DNA of 64,000 nt, from contig JBQVQL010000013.1 of assembly GCA_052440005.1 (NCBI GenBank), positions 1,583 through 65,582 on the forward strand, in the 5' to 3' direction. The notes under the pieces are model-generated. The model did not search any database and was not told the DNA's origin. It was given only the letters and a program-made list of their open reading frames with translations. Origin of the DNA: Phreatobacter sp. Lineage in GTDB: Bacteria; Pseudomonadota; Alphaproteobacteria; Rhizobiales; Phreatobacteraceae. Below are positions 1 to 9,279 of this stretch, piece by piece (positions within the stretch are counted from its first letter, which is position 1; the number at the start of each line of letters is the position of its first letter). The position numbers and the translations under genes were made by a program.

Positions 1-1113
1 TCATGCGACGAGTCCCCGTTCCTCGAGTTCGCGCCGCGCCTCGGCAACCCTGTCGAGGGCCTCGCTGCGCGCCACCCAGGCGGCGAGTTCGGCGAGGCCG
101 TCGGTGAAGTCCTCCTTCGGCTCGAAGCCGAGCTCCAGCCGCGCCTTGATGAGGTCGGGAATGTTGTGGCGGATGTCGCCGGCGCGCTGCTGGCCGGTGA
201 TCTCTGGCTCGAGGTCCGGTCGTCCCATGGCGGCGGCCTGGAGCAGCGCCACGTCGGTGACGGTGCGGTCGATGCCCGAGCCGATGTTGAAGACCTCGCC
301 GTCGGCCTGCGGGCGTTCCAGCGCCAGGAGGAAGGCGCGGGCGACGTCACGCACGTGGACGAAGTCGCGTCGCTGCCGGCCGTCCTCGAAGATCATCGGC
401 GGACGACCATTGGCGATGCGCGATGCGAAAATGGCGAGAACGCCGGTATAGGGGTTGGAGAGCGCCTGGCCGGGACCATAGATGTTCCACAGCCGCAGGG
501 CCGTGCCCTGCATGCCGTACTGGCGGGTCAGCGTGAGCGTCAGCCGTTCCTGGACATATTTGTTGATGGCGTAGACGCTGCGCAGCGAGGGCCGCTTGGT
601 TTCGGGCGTCGGGACGGGCTCCATCGGCTGGCCGTCGGGGCCCAGGGGATCCCAGGAGCCGTCGGGGTTGCGTCCCCCCCGGACCGCGTCCTCCACCAGC
701 CGGCCGTCGCGGCTGCGATAGAGGCCCTCGCCATAGATGCTCATGGAGGAGGCGGTGACCACCCGCCGCACCGGCCGGTCGATGAGCTGCTGGAACAGGA
801 TGGCGGTGCCGAGGTCGTTGACCGAGGTGTAGCGGTCCACCGCATACATGCTCTGGCCGACGCCGACTTCGGCGGCGAGATGGATCACCGCGTCGACCCC
901 CTGCAGCGCCGCGCGCACCGCCACCGGGTCGCGGATGTCGCCGATGACGAGCTCGACGGCGGGATCGAGTTCGCCCGGCCGGCGGCCGTCGGGATGCACC
1001 TGGCCGATGAGGCCGTCGAGCGCCCGGACGCGGTAGCCGCGGGCAAGCAGCGCGAAGGCGACATGGCGACCGACGAAGCCCGCGCCGCCGGTGATCAGGA
1101 TGGTCTCGGCCAT
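1..1113 (-). CDS. NAD-dependent epimerase/dehydratase (extended SDR, UDP-sugar 4-epimerase-like)
   Basis: Complete 370-aa ORF. Rossmann motif ILITGGAGFVG at the N-terminus, catalytic YxxxK (YAINK), strong GC3 bias. Confidence 0.9.
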   Translation of the reverse strand: MAETILITGGAGFVGRHVAFALLARGYRVRALDGLIGQVHPDGRRPGELDPAVELVIGDIRDPVAVRAALQGVDAVIHLAAEVGVGQSMYAVDRYTSVNDLGTAILFQQLIDRPVRRVVTASSMSIYGEGLYRSRDGRLVEDAVRGGRNPDGSWDPLGPDGQPMEPVPTPETKRPSLRSVYAINKYVQERLTLTLTRQYGMQGTALRLWNIYGPGQALSNPYTGVLAIFASRIANGRPPMIFEDGRQRRDFVHVRDVARAFLLALERPQADGEVFNIGSGIDRTVTDVALLQAAAMGRPDLEPEITGQQRAGDIRHNIPDLIKARLELGFEPKEDFTDGLAELAAWVARSEALDRVAEARRELEERGLVA

Positions 1114-1122
1114 GGAGGCGCC

Positions 1123-1392
1123 TCAGCGATTGACGAACTTGAAGAAGCGGCTGGTCTTGCCGCCGGCCGTCTCGTCCTGCTCGAGCAGGGCGAGGCCGTT
1201 CTCGTCGAAGATCCGGAAGAAGGTCTCCCAGTCGATCTCCTCCAGCCGCTCCTCAGGCTCGCCGAAGTCGAAGCGCAGGACGCCGCCGCCGCCCTCGTCC
1301 GCCGTGTCGCGAACGCGGGCCGGGCGCCCGCCCCTTTCTTCAGCCCAGCGGCGGATGGCGTCGTGATCGGTGAGGGTCTTGGCTTTGCTCAT
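1123..1392 (-). CDS. small acidic conserved hypothetical protein (about 89 aa)
   Basis: ATG at 1392 gives MSKAKTLTDHDAIRRWAEERGG...FFKFVNR. The listed 105-aa ORF begins at a TTG further upstream. Coding-like GC3. It lies 9 nt upstream of the epimerase on the same strand. Confidence 0.6.
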   Translation of the reverse strand: MSKAKTLTDHDAIRRWAEERGGRPARVRDTADEGGGGVLRFDFGEPEERLEEIDWETFFRIFDENGLALLEQDETAGGKTSRFFKFVNR

Positions 1393-1568
1393 CGTTGGCC
1401 TGGGGGGTTGGAGACACGGTGCGGCAATTCGCGAAAGCAACCGGACGTCGCGCGGGCTGGTTCCTTTTCTCAGCCGCTGCCGCTGCCGCGGTATTGGGGG
1501 ACGAGCAATTGGAACCCGCTACCGGCAATGCCGTTGACCGCCAGTCGAGGAGAGATGACGGATCGGCG

Positions 1569-2345
1569 ATGCATATGACGCGCGAAGAGATCCAGAACCG
1601 GGTGTCAGCACTCGGCGACTGGTTCCATGACCTGGACCTCAAGGGGGTGCGCACCGCTCCCAACCACTTTCTCAACCGCTATCCGGCGGACAAGTGGCAC
1701 CGCTTCGCTCACGCCATACCCCAGGACCTCAAGGGAGCGAGCGTTCTCGACATCGGTTGCAATGCCGGCTTCTATTCCATGGAGATGAAGCGGCGTGGCG
1801 CCGCCCGGGTCGTCGGGATCGATTCCGACCCCCGCTATCTCGCCCAGGCGCGGCTCGCAGCCGAGGTGGTGGAGCTCGACATCGAGTTTCGGGAACTGTC
1901 CATCTATGACGTCGCCGCCCTCGGCGAGCGCTTCGACATCGTCCTGTTCATGGGCGTGCTCTACCACCTGCGCCACCCGCTGCTCGCCCTCGACCTCATC
2001 CACGAGCACGTCGCTGGCGACATGCTGGTGTTCCAGTCGATGCAGCGGGGCGCGAGCGAGGTCGCGCCGGTGGCGTCTGACTACGACTTCTTCGACACCG
2101 ACCATTTCGACCGGGCTGGCTATCCGAAGATGCATTTCGTCGAGCACCAGTACGCCCATGACTGGACCAACTGGTGGGTGCCGAATGCGGCCTGCGCCGA
2201 GGCCATGCTGCGCAGCGCCGGCTTCGAGATCACCGACCATCCCGAAGAGGAGGTCTATATCTGTCGCCGCGCCGAGCGCCCCACGCCCTCCGGGCCCGTG
2301 TATCCGGTCCGCCCTGCCGGCGAGGGAGAGGAGGTGCGCCCGTGA
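1569..2345 (+). CDS. class I SAM-dependent methyltransferase (resembles the TIGR04290-type family)
   Basis: Start re-picked at ATG 1569 (MHMTREEIQ...) inside ORF 1395..2345. SAM motif I VLDIGCNAGFYS, motif II VVGIDSD, then FDIVLFMGVLYHLRHP. Confidence 0.85.
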   Translation: MHMTREEIQNRVSALGDWFHDLDLKGVRTAPNHFLNRYPADKWHRFAHAIPQDLKGASVLDIGCNAGFYSMEMKRRGAARVVGIDSDPRYLAQARLAAEVVELDIEFRELSIYDVAALGERFDIVLFMGVLYHLRHPLLALDLIHEHVAGDMLVFQSMQRGASEVAPVASDYDFFDTDHFDRAGYPKMHFVEHQYAHDWTNWWVPNAACAEAMLRSAGFEITDHPEEEVYICRRAERPTPSGPVYPVRPAGEGEEVRP

Positions 2346-3280
2346 TCGAGGCCGTGAAAATCTGGAACGAGCCCAACAACAAGTCGCACTGGGATCCGCT
2401 CCTCGATCCGGAATGGGACCGTTACGCCGAACTTGTCAGGCTCTGCGGCAGCGCTGTGGCCGCCGAGGCGCCCGGCCTGACGCGGGTGCTCGGCGGGATG
2501 TCGCCGATCGATCCGGGATTTCTGCGCCGGCTCGCCGACAAGGGCGCGCTCGATCATGTCGATGCGGTTGCGGTGCATGGCTTCCCGCTCGACTGGAACC
2601 TCTGGCCGATCGAGGCCTGGCCCGACAGGGTCGCAGAAATCCGGGCCGTCACCGACAAACCGGTCTGGGTGACGGAGGTTGGCGTCTCCTCGTTCGGATC
2701 GGAAGAGGTCCAGGCATGGGGCCTGCGTCGCAGCGCCGAACTGCTGACCGGTCTGGCGCCGCGCATTCACTGGTACAGCCTCTACGACCTGCCGCGCGCC
2801 TGGGAGGCGACGACGCGCCACCGGGAGGCGGAGGGCTCCTCCTACTACCGCCACTTCTACATGGGGCTGCTGCGCGAAGACGGTACGCCGAAGCCCTCGC
2901 TGGACGCCTTCGCCGCCCATGGCGGCGACCTCGGCCTCTGCCAGTGGTTTCATTTCGAGGATCACCGCCTCGACGACGCGGTCGCATGGCTGAAGCGGCT
3001 CGGCGTTCGCCACCTGCGGACGGGCTTGTCCTGGGCCGATTCCTACCGGCCCAACGCCCTCGACTGGTTCGACCGCCAGATGGCGGCGCTGGCCGATTTC
3101 GACGTCACCGTCACCTTCTGCTTCACGCCGGAACATCGGGGAATCGAGGCCCACCACACGAGCCCGCCGCTCGTGGCGGAGGAATTCGCGATCTTCTGCG
3201 CCGACATGGTCCGACGCTACGCGACGTCCGGCGTAGCGCGCCAGACACCGGTGGCGGCTGAAACCGCCCTCGCGCCCTGA
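2342..3280 (+). CDS. clan GH-A-like (beta/alpha)8 glycoside hydrolase family protein with apparently permuted segment order
   Basis: GTG 2342 overlaps the methyltransferase stop (GTGA). KIWNEPNN (acid/base Glu motif) sits at residues 6-13 and VWVTEVGV (nucleophile-type motif) about 120 aa later. The C-terminal 120 aa look like strands 1-3 of such a barrel. Confidence 0.7.
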   Translation: MIEAVKIWNEPNNKSHWDPLLDPEWDRYAELVRLCGSAVAAEAPGLTRVLGGMSPIDPGFLRRLADKGALDHVDAVAVHGFPLDWNLWPIEAWPDRVAEIRAVTDKPVWVTEVGVSSFGSEEVQAWGLRRSAELLTGLAPRIHWYSLYDLPRAWEATTRHREAEGSSYYRHFYMGLLREDGTPKPSLDAFAAHGGDLGLCQWFHFEDHRLDDAVAWLKRLGVRHLRTGLSWADSYRPNALDWFDRQMAALADFDVTVTFCFTPEHRGIEAHHTSPPLVAEEFAIFCADMVRRYATSGVARQTPVAAETALAP

Positions 3281-3286
3281 TCCGCG

Positions 3287-3814
3287 ATGACCCCGGGGAG
3301 CGACAGGTCGGACGGCATCGGCCAGACGCTGGAGGCCAATGTGGAGGCGCTGGCGCGCCGCCGCGCCGACGACGAGCGCCGTCAGGGCGTGCAGGCGCGG
3401 GTGGCTGACGTCATCACCACCTTCACCGGCAGCATGACGTTCGTCTACCTGCACCTCGTGCTCTACGGAGCATGGATTCTGATCAATACCGGCCTCGTGC
3501 CCGTCCTGCCCCGGTTCGACCCGACCTTCGTCGTGCTCGCCATGGCGGCCTCGGTGGAGGCGATCTTCCTGTCGACCTTCGTGTTGATCACCCAGAACCG
3601 CATGGCGGCGGAGGCGGAGCGGCGGGCGGAGCTGGACCTCCACATCAGCCTGCTGACGGAACACGAACTGACCAAGCTCGCCACCCTCATCGGCGCCATC
3701 GCCGACAAGGTGGGCGTCGATCAGGAGGCCGTCGCCGGCTTCGGGCAAATCAAGACCGACGTGGCACCGGAGGCGGTGCTGGACGTCATCGAGGAACGGA
3801 GCGCGCAGCCGTGA
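3287..3814 (+). CDS. DUF1003 family membrane protein
   Basis: 175 aa. Two hydrophobic helices (MTFVYLHLVLYGAWILINTGLV and FVVLAMAASVEAIFLSTFVLITQNR) followed by a charged helical tail, the typical DUF1003 layout. 6 nt after the previous gene. Confidence 0.8.
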   Translation: MTPGSDRSDGIGQTLEANVEALARRRADDERRQGVQARVADVITTFTGSMTFVYLHLVLYGAWILINTGLVPVLPRFDPTFVVLAMAASVEAIFLSTFVLITQNRMAAEAERRAELDLHISLLTEHELTKLATLIGAIADKVGVDQEAVAGFGQIKTDVAPEAVLDVIEERSAQP

Positions 3815-3825
3815 GGAGCGAAACG

Positions 3826-4827
3826 ATGGCCGGGATGCCCGCGAGAGGCGCCGCCGCGGCGCCGGAGACGACGATGGCGGCGGCGGTCATCGTCGCGCCT
3901 GGCCGGGTCATCGTCGCCCCGGTGCCGCGGCCCGAGCCCGGCCCCGGCGAGATCAGGGTGCGGATCGAGGGTTGCGGCGTCTGTGCCTCCAACCTGACGC
4001 CCTGGGCCGGGCCGGACTGGATGCGCTTCCCGACCGCACCCGGCGACCTCGGCCACGAGGGCTGGGGCACGGTGGATGCGCTCGGCGCGGGTGTGACCTC
4101 CATCGCCCCCGGCAGCCGCGTGGCCGCGCTCAGCTACCGGGCCTATGCGGGCTACGACATCGCCGCGGCGGATGCCGTGGTGCCGCTTCCCGCCGCCCTA
4201 GACGGCCTGCCCTTCGCCGGGGAGCCGCTCGGCTGCGCCATGAACATCATGGCCCGCAGCGGCATCCGGGCCGGCGACACCGTCGCCGTCATCGGCATCG
4301 GCTTCATCGGCGCGCTGCTCGTCCAGCTCGCCGCGGGCGCGGGCGCGCGCGTGATCGCGCTGTCGCGCCGCGCCTTCGCCCTCGACCTCGCGCGGACGAT
4401 GGGCGCCGCCGAGACGCTCGTGCTCGACGATCACGAGGGAATCATCGCGCGGGTCCGGGACCTCACCGGCGGGCGCTTCTGCGACTGCGTCATCGAGGCG
4501 GTCGGCAAGCCCTGGCCGCTCGACCTCGCCGCCGAACTGACGCGCGAGCGCGGGCGACTGGTGATCGCAGGCTATCACCAGGACGGGCCGCGGACGGTCA
4601 ACATGCAGCTGTGGAACTGGCGCGGGCTCGACGTGGTCAACGCCCACGAGCGCGACCCCGCCGTCTATGTCGCCGGCATGCGCCAGGCCGTCGCCGCGGT
4701 GGTCGCCGGGAGGCTCGATCCGACGCCGCTCTACACCCATCGCTTTCCCCTCGACCGGCTGGGCGAGGCGCTGGACGCCACCCGCGACAAGCCCGACGGC
4801 TTCATGAAGGCGCTGGTGCTGCCATGA
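3826..4827 (+). CDS. Zn-dependent alcohol dehydrogenase / MDR-family oxidoreductase
   Basis: Start re-picked at ATG 3826 (MAGMPARG...) in the frame of ORF 3472..4827. Motifs EGCGVCASN, GHEGWGTV and Rossmann VIGIGFIGALL. Confidence 0.85.
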   Translation: MAGMPARGAAAAPETTMAAAVIVAPGRVIVAPVPRPEPGPGEIRVRIEGCGVCASNLTPWAGPDWMRFPTAPGDLGHEGWGTVDALGAGVTSIAPGSRVAALSYRAYAGYDIAAADAVVPLPAALDGLPFAGEPLGCAMNIMARSGIRAGDTVAVIGIGFIGALLVQLAAGAGARVIALSRRAFALDLARTMGAAETLVLDDHEGIIARVRDLTGGRFCDCVIEAVGKPWPLDLAAELTRERGRLVIAGYHQDGPRTVNMQLWNWRGLDVVNAHERDPAVYVAGMRQAVAAVVAGRLDPTPLYTHRFPLDRLGEALDATRDKPDGFMKALVLP

Positions 4828-5846
4828 CAGCCGCCCTGCCCCGCCCCGCGCCGCGCGGCCGCCCGCGCATCGGCTATCTCGGCGTCGGCTGGATCGGCCG
4901 CCACAGGATGACGGCGATCGTCGAGGATGGCGTCACCGAGGCGGCAGCGGTCGCCGACGCCTCGCCCGAGGCGGTTTCAGCGGCGCTGGCCGTGGCTCCC
5001 GACGCGGTCGCCTGCACAAGCCTCGACGAGTTGCTCGCGCGCGACCTCGATGGGCTGGTGATCGCGACTCCCAGCGCCTTGCATGCCGACCAGGCGATCC
5101 GCGCCCTGAAGGCCGGCGTCGCCGTCTTCTGCCAGAAGCCGCTCGGCCGCAACGCCGCGGAGACGCGCGCCGTGGTGGAGGCGGCACGGGCCGCCGATCT
5201 GCTGCTCGGTGTCGACCTCTCCTATCGCCGCACACGCGCCCTGGAGGCAGTGCGCGCCGTGGTGCAGTCCGGCGCGCTCGGGCGCATCCAGTCGGCTGAC
5301 CTCGTCTTCCACAACGGCTACGGGCCGGACAAGCCGTGGTTCTACGATCCCGCTCTCTCGGGCGGCGGCTGCGTGGTCGACCTGGGCATCCACCTGATCG
5401 ATCTTGCGCTCTGGTCCCTTGGTGGCCCGGCGGTGAGCACCGTCACGAGCCAGTTGTTCAAGGAGGGGCACCGCCTCGCCGCGCTCGACGGGGCGGTTGA
5501 GGACCATGCGCTGGCGACGATCGAACTCGCCGACGGTGCGGTCCTGCGCCTCGCCTGCTCCTGGCGCCTGCCAGTCGGCCGGGACGCGCAGATCGAGGCG
5601 GTGTTTCACGGCACGGCGGGCGGAGTCCGCTTCGCCAATGTCGGCGGCTCGTTCTACGATTTCGTCGCCGAACACCACCAGGGGACACGCACCGTGGCGC
5701 TTTGCGATCCGCCGGACGAGTGGGGCGGGCGGGTCGCCGCGGACTGGGCGCGGGCGCTCGCGGCCGGCAAGGGCTACGATCCCGCGGTCGAGGCGGTCTG
5801 CGACGTCGCGGCGGTCATCGACCGCATCTACGGCCGCAGGTCCTGA
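4824..5846 (+). CDS. Gfo/Idh/MocA family oxidoreductase
   Basis: ATG 4824 overlaps the ADH stop (ATGA). N-terminal Rossmann IGYLGVGWIGRH, EKP-like motif FCQKPL, C-terminal alpha/beta domain. Confidence 0.85.
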   Translation: MTAALPRPAPRGRPRIGYLGVGWIGRHRMTAIVEDGVTEAAAVADASPEAVSAALAVAPDAVACTSLDELLARDLDGLVIATPSALHADQAIRALKAGVAVFCQKPLGRNAAETRAVVEAARAADLLLGVDLSYRRTRALEAVRAVVQSGALGRIQSADLVFHNGYGPDKPWFYDPALSGGGCVVDLGIHLIDLALWSLGGPAVSTVTSQLFKEGHRLAALDGAVEDHALATIELADGAVLRLACSWRLPVGRDAQIEAVFHGTAGGVRFANVGGSFYDFVAEHHQGTRTVALCDPPDEWGGRVAADWARALAAGKGYDPAVEAVCDVAAVIDRIYGRRS

Positions 5847-5891
5847 AACGCCTGGCACCGGGGTTGTCGGCTGCCAGCCTTGATGCGTAGA

Positions 5892-6107
5892 TCAGTGGCT
5901 CCCGCGGTCTTTCGCGGTGAACGGCGTCGCCGGTTCGTCATCCGGCCGCACCGACCAGGAGTTGCCGACTGCGCTGGGGAAGACCCCGCCCGGTTCGGCC
6001 GGTCCGGGGGTCCGAGGCGCGAGTTCTGCCAGCCGGCGCTCCAGCATCTTCACGTCGGCGGCGAGCCGCGCCACCGTTGCTCCGAGATCTTGATCGCGCA
6101 TGGTCAT
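5892..6107 (-). CDS. hypothetical 71-aa protein, translationally coupled to the upstream ligase
   Basis: ATG 6107 overlaps the ligase stop codon (ATGA at 6104-6107). N-terminal amphipathic helix LGATVARLAADVKMLERRLAEL followed by a Pro/Gly-rich tail. No family recognised. Confidence 0.5.
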   Translation of the reverse strand: MTMRDQDLGATVARLAADVKMLERRLAELAPRTPGPAEPGGVFPSAVGNSWSVRPDDEPATPFTAKDRGSH

Positions 6108-7336
6108 GTTTCCGCTGCTTCAGGTTGGGTCGGGAGTGTCTCCGGGCGGCCGGGGCCGTGGTCGGTTGGCGGGGTCTCGGAGGTGACGAGCGTGCCGGAC
6201 TCCGTCGAGACGCGGAGCCATCGGACCACCTCGCGCATGGCGAAGGAGGACGTGCGTCCCGTCTCCAGCGTCGCCTTGGCGATATTCACCTGCCGGTGGG
6301 CGCTTGTTCCCCGCTGCGGAATAGTCCGGATCCTGGCAAGTTCATCGCCCAGACCCAGGGCGTCAGCATCCTCATCCACCAGTTCCAGAACCCGGGCCAG
6401 TTCCTGGCGGAACGGCAAAGCCGGAGACTGCCGATCGATGAAGGTCGCTCCGGTGCCGTAGCGCGCAGCGCGCCACGTGTTCTCGTCGGCGATCGCACGG
6501 TCGAGGGCCGTCAGCCCCTCGTGGATCCGGTCGTCGCGGCAGAGGTGCCTGACGAGACAGCGGTAGAGGCTCGCGAGCGCAACGGCATCCTCCACCGAGG
6601 TGCAGCTGTCCATGACGCGCAGTTCCAGGGTGGGATGCTGTAGCGAGGGGCGCAGGCCCCACCAGATGTAGGAGGCGTCGGGAATGACCCGGCTGTCCAC
6701 GAGCGCCCCGACATAGGACGAGTATTCGTCGAGCGTCTTGAACAGCTCGGGCAGGCCGCTGCGGGGCAGCATCTTGTTGCCCACGGTCCGGTAGCTCGCC
6801 AGCCCGCTGTCCTGCCCTTCCCAGAAGGGCGACGAGGCGGACAGGGCGATGAACAGGTGGAGATAGGGGATCATCCGGTACATGACCTGAACCCGGCGCT
6901 CCGGATCGGGCAGCTCCACATGAACGTGCAGGCCGGACAGGACGTTGTTCGTGCCTATCATTCGCAGGTCCGAGATCACCTTGTCGTAGCGGCGCTTGCG
7001 CGTGCGATGCATCTGCGCCGATTTCGCGGAGGGATGGGTACCGGCCGCGATGATGCCCGCGTCGAAAGCCTTGCCAGCCTGTGTGATGCCCTGGCGAAAG
7101 TCCAACAGCTGCTGACGTGCCGATGCCGGGGAACCCGTCGGCGAAGTCGCGACTTCAAGCTGGCATTGCAGCAACTCGGTCATCACGTGGGACCCAAAGG
7201 TCCGGGTCAGCACATTGAGAAAATCGGCCGACATCTGGGCCCGCACCCCGCCGGTGCGACGGTCCACCACGAAGTACTCCTCCTCGATGCCGAACCGGTA
7301 GGAGAACTGGTCGTCCCGCGAGGAGAGGCTGGGCAT
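6104..7336 (-). CDS. carboxylate-amine ligase, YbdK / glutamate-cysteine ligase family 2 (GCS2)
   Basis: Signature N-terminus FGIEEEYFVVD and GCS2-like length and organisation. ATG 7336 (MPSLSS..., AGGA 10 nt upstream) preferred over the TTG at 7363. Confidence 0.9.
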   Translation of the reverse strand: MPSLSSRDDQFSYRFGIEEEYFVVDRRTGGVRAQMSADFLNVLTRTFGSHVMTELLQCQLEVATSPTGSPASARQQLLDFRQGITQAGKAFDAGIIAAGTHPSAKSAQMHRTRKRRYDKVISDLRMIGTNNVLSGLHVHVELPDPERRVQVMYRMIPYLHLFIALSASSPFWEGQDSGLASYRTVGNKMLPRSGLPELFKTLDEYSSYVGALVDSRVIPDASYIWWGLRPSLQHPTLELRVMDSCTSVEDAVALASLYRCLVRHLCRDDRIHEGLTALDRAIADENTWRAARYGTGATFIDRQSPALPFRQELARVLELVDEDADALGLGDELARIRTIPQRGTSAHRQVNIAKATLETGRTSSFAMREVVRWLRVSTESGTLVTSETPPTDHGPGRPETLPTQPEAAET

Positions 7337-7616
7337 GGGGGTCGATCCTGTGGACTTCCTCAACTCTGCCTCCCGTCCGATGTTTCAATAGGACCAGCCA
7401 GAGGCCAAGGCCGGGCGGTCCGACCGGGACAGGCGGCGGAGGTCCAATGCAGGAAGGAAGCGCGCCGTCGTTGAGGACCCAGGGCGGTGGAGACGCGTTG
7501 GTGATCCAGACGATGCGGCCCCCTCATCTGGAGGCACATCGATCCATCGGCCCAACGTGGGGACTGCGATCACCTGGCCATGGCCTGAGCGCCGACCCCA
7601 ACGCTGAAATTCTGCC

Positions 7617-8720
7617 ATGCAGCGCGAAACTCTCCGATTATCTCCTCAGACCACCGGCTGCCAGTTTGAGGTTGAAGTCTACCGGTTCGGGACCGGCTCG
7701 GGTCCCCGTGTCTATGTTCAGGCGGGCCTTCATGCAGACGAAGTGCCGGGCTACCTGCTCGCGGTTCACCTGATCGACCCCCTGATCAGGCTCGAGGAAG
7801 AGGGAGCGATCTGCGGGACGGTCACGATCGTTCCGTGTGCCAATCCCATCGGGCTCTCGCAACGGGTCCTGGGGGAGCCGCAAGGGCGCTTCGATCTCGC
7901 GAGCGGGGCCAACTTCAACAGAGGCTTTCCTGACGTCTCGGCCGAGACCAGGCGGAACCTGCCGGCGCTGTCTCCTGCGGAACGGGAGGTCCGAACCGGA
8001 TCGGACGTCAAACGCGTCCTGCGTCAGCATCCGCCCTCGGACATTCTCGAGGAGCTCCAGGGAGTGCTGCTGCGATTGAGCTGCGACGCGGAAACGATCC
8101 TCGATCTCCACAGCAATCACGACGCTGAACTGTTCGTCTATGCGCCTGTGCCCGGTGCCGGGGAGGCCATAATCCTGGCGCGGTGGATGGGAGCACCGCT
8201 GGTGATCACGACCTCGGGCGGTGAATCGGGCCTGACCTTCGAGGACGCCTCCATCGGCGCGCAGATGAACGAAGGGCGGACTGCCCCCGATGACGCGCCC
8301 CCGCCCTTCGTCGCCACCGTCGAGCTTAGAGGGCAACGTGATGTTTCCGACGACCTCGCTGCTCGCGATGCCCGGTCCCTCTTGAGCTTCCTGGCGTATC
8401 GGGGCGCGCTCAGCCCCGATGCCCGGCGGTTGCCGCCCGAGGGTAAGGAACCTCTCGTGATCCAGGAATCCGAGGTTCTCCCCGTTGTGGCTCCTCGACC
8501 GGGAATTCTGTTGTTTCAGGCGGAACTCGGGGCAATCGTGGACGAGAACGATGTCGTGGCGACTCTCATCGACCCGGCTTCACGCGTCCGTTGCGAACTG
8601 AGATCACCGGCGCGGGGGCGCATCTTCTCCCGGACAGGGACCCGCTATGCGGTCAGGGGGGTCGAGGTGGTCAGGGTCGCCCCTGCCATTGGTCGGTGCC
8701 AGCGCCGGGGGGAGTTCTGA
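7617..8720 (+). CDS. succinylglutamate desuccinylase / aspartoacylase (AstE/AspA, M14-like) family protein
   Basis: 367 aa. Zn-binding HxxE context VYVQAGLHADEVPG near the N-terminus. Divergent from the GCS2 ligase across a 280-bp spacer. Confidence 0.85.
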   Translation: MQRETLRLSPQTTGCQFEVEVYRFGTGSGPRVYVQAGLHADEVPGYLLAVHLIDPLIRLEEEGAICGTVTIVPCANPIGLSQRVLGEPQGRFDLASGANFNRGFPDVSAETRRNLPALSPAEREVRTGSDVKRVLRQHPPSDILEELQGVLLRLSCDAETILDLHSNHDAELFVYAPVPGAGEAIILARWMGAPLVITTSGGESGLTFEDASIGAQMNEGRTAPDDAPPPFVATVELRGQRDVSDDLAARDARSLLSFLAYRGALSPDARRLPPEGKEPLVIQESEVLPVVAPRPGILLFQAELGAIVDENDVVATLIDPASRVRCELRSPARGRIFSRTGTRYAVRGVEVVRVAPAIGRCQRRGEF

Positions 8721-8846
8721 CGTCCCTCTCCCGGATGGCTTCGCAAGCTTCGCGGGGCCCGCGCCGCACAGGTTCAAGAACGCTGGCACCGGCGAGACGA
8801 AATGGAGGCCGGCGCAGCCAGCGGGTTCGTGCCCACCGGCCCTGCG

Positions 8847-9083
8847 TCAGCCTCGCTCCTGAAGGATGTCGGCGGCTGTCCGCCGGGCAATGGTCCAGAA
8901 CTGGCTGGGCAGGTCATGGCGCAGGCATGCCGCCGTCATCACGGCCTCCGCCAGCCGGCTGCGGGCTGAATGGTCGTCCGCCCTGAAGGCGAACTCCTCG
9001 CACACCTGATCGAAGACGGTCTGCGCGTCCTGAAGCTGCTCGGGGGTCACGAATGCCGGTTCCATGATAGGCGGGCTGCACAT
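8847..9083 (-). CDS. hypothetical small protein (72-78 aa)
   Basis: ORF with coding-like GC3. Alternative ATG at 9065 (MEPAFV...). No motif recognised. Confidence 0.45.
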   Translation of the reverse strand: MCSPPIMEPAFVTPEQLQDAQTVFDQVCEEFAFRADDHSARSRLAEAVMTAACLRHDLPSQFWTIARRTAADILQERG

Positions 9084-9279
9084 GACGGCACTCCATGCCT
9101 TTGGTCACCGTCCATCCAAGACCGACACGGGAACGTCGCGAACCCTTTGTCCGGAATCATACATTTCCCCCGGCGGGGAAGGAACGGCGCGGCCGGAACG
9201 GCGTTTCATCCCATTTCGGACCCGGCACCGTTCGTCGGCCGAGCCGGCGCGATCCAGCACCCGACCGAAGGAGGGCCGT

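Noticed and set aside
2255-3748. 497-aa minus-strand ORF over the GH-like and DUF1003 genes. Similar long shadow ORFs occur at 166..1578, 45870..47468, 50902..52605, 52575..54419 and 60706..62076.
   Set aside because: All overlap better-supported genes on the other strand or frame, are Arg/Gly/Ala/Pro-dominated and lack motifs.
3472-5846. Long N-terminal extensions of several listed ORFs (for example 3472.., 3972.., 27456.., 28736.., 29662.., 33019.., 33776.., 40730.., 54101.., 59734..)
   Set aside because: The extensions overlap the preceding gene in another frame and are Arg/Pro-rich. Internal ATG/GTG starts coincide with stop-start overlaps, SD-like motifs or signal peptides, so the shorter genes were called.
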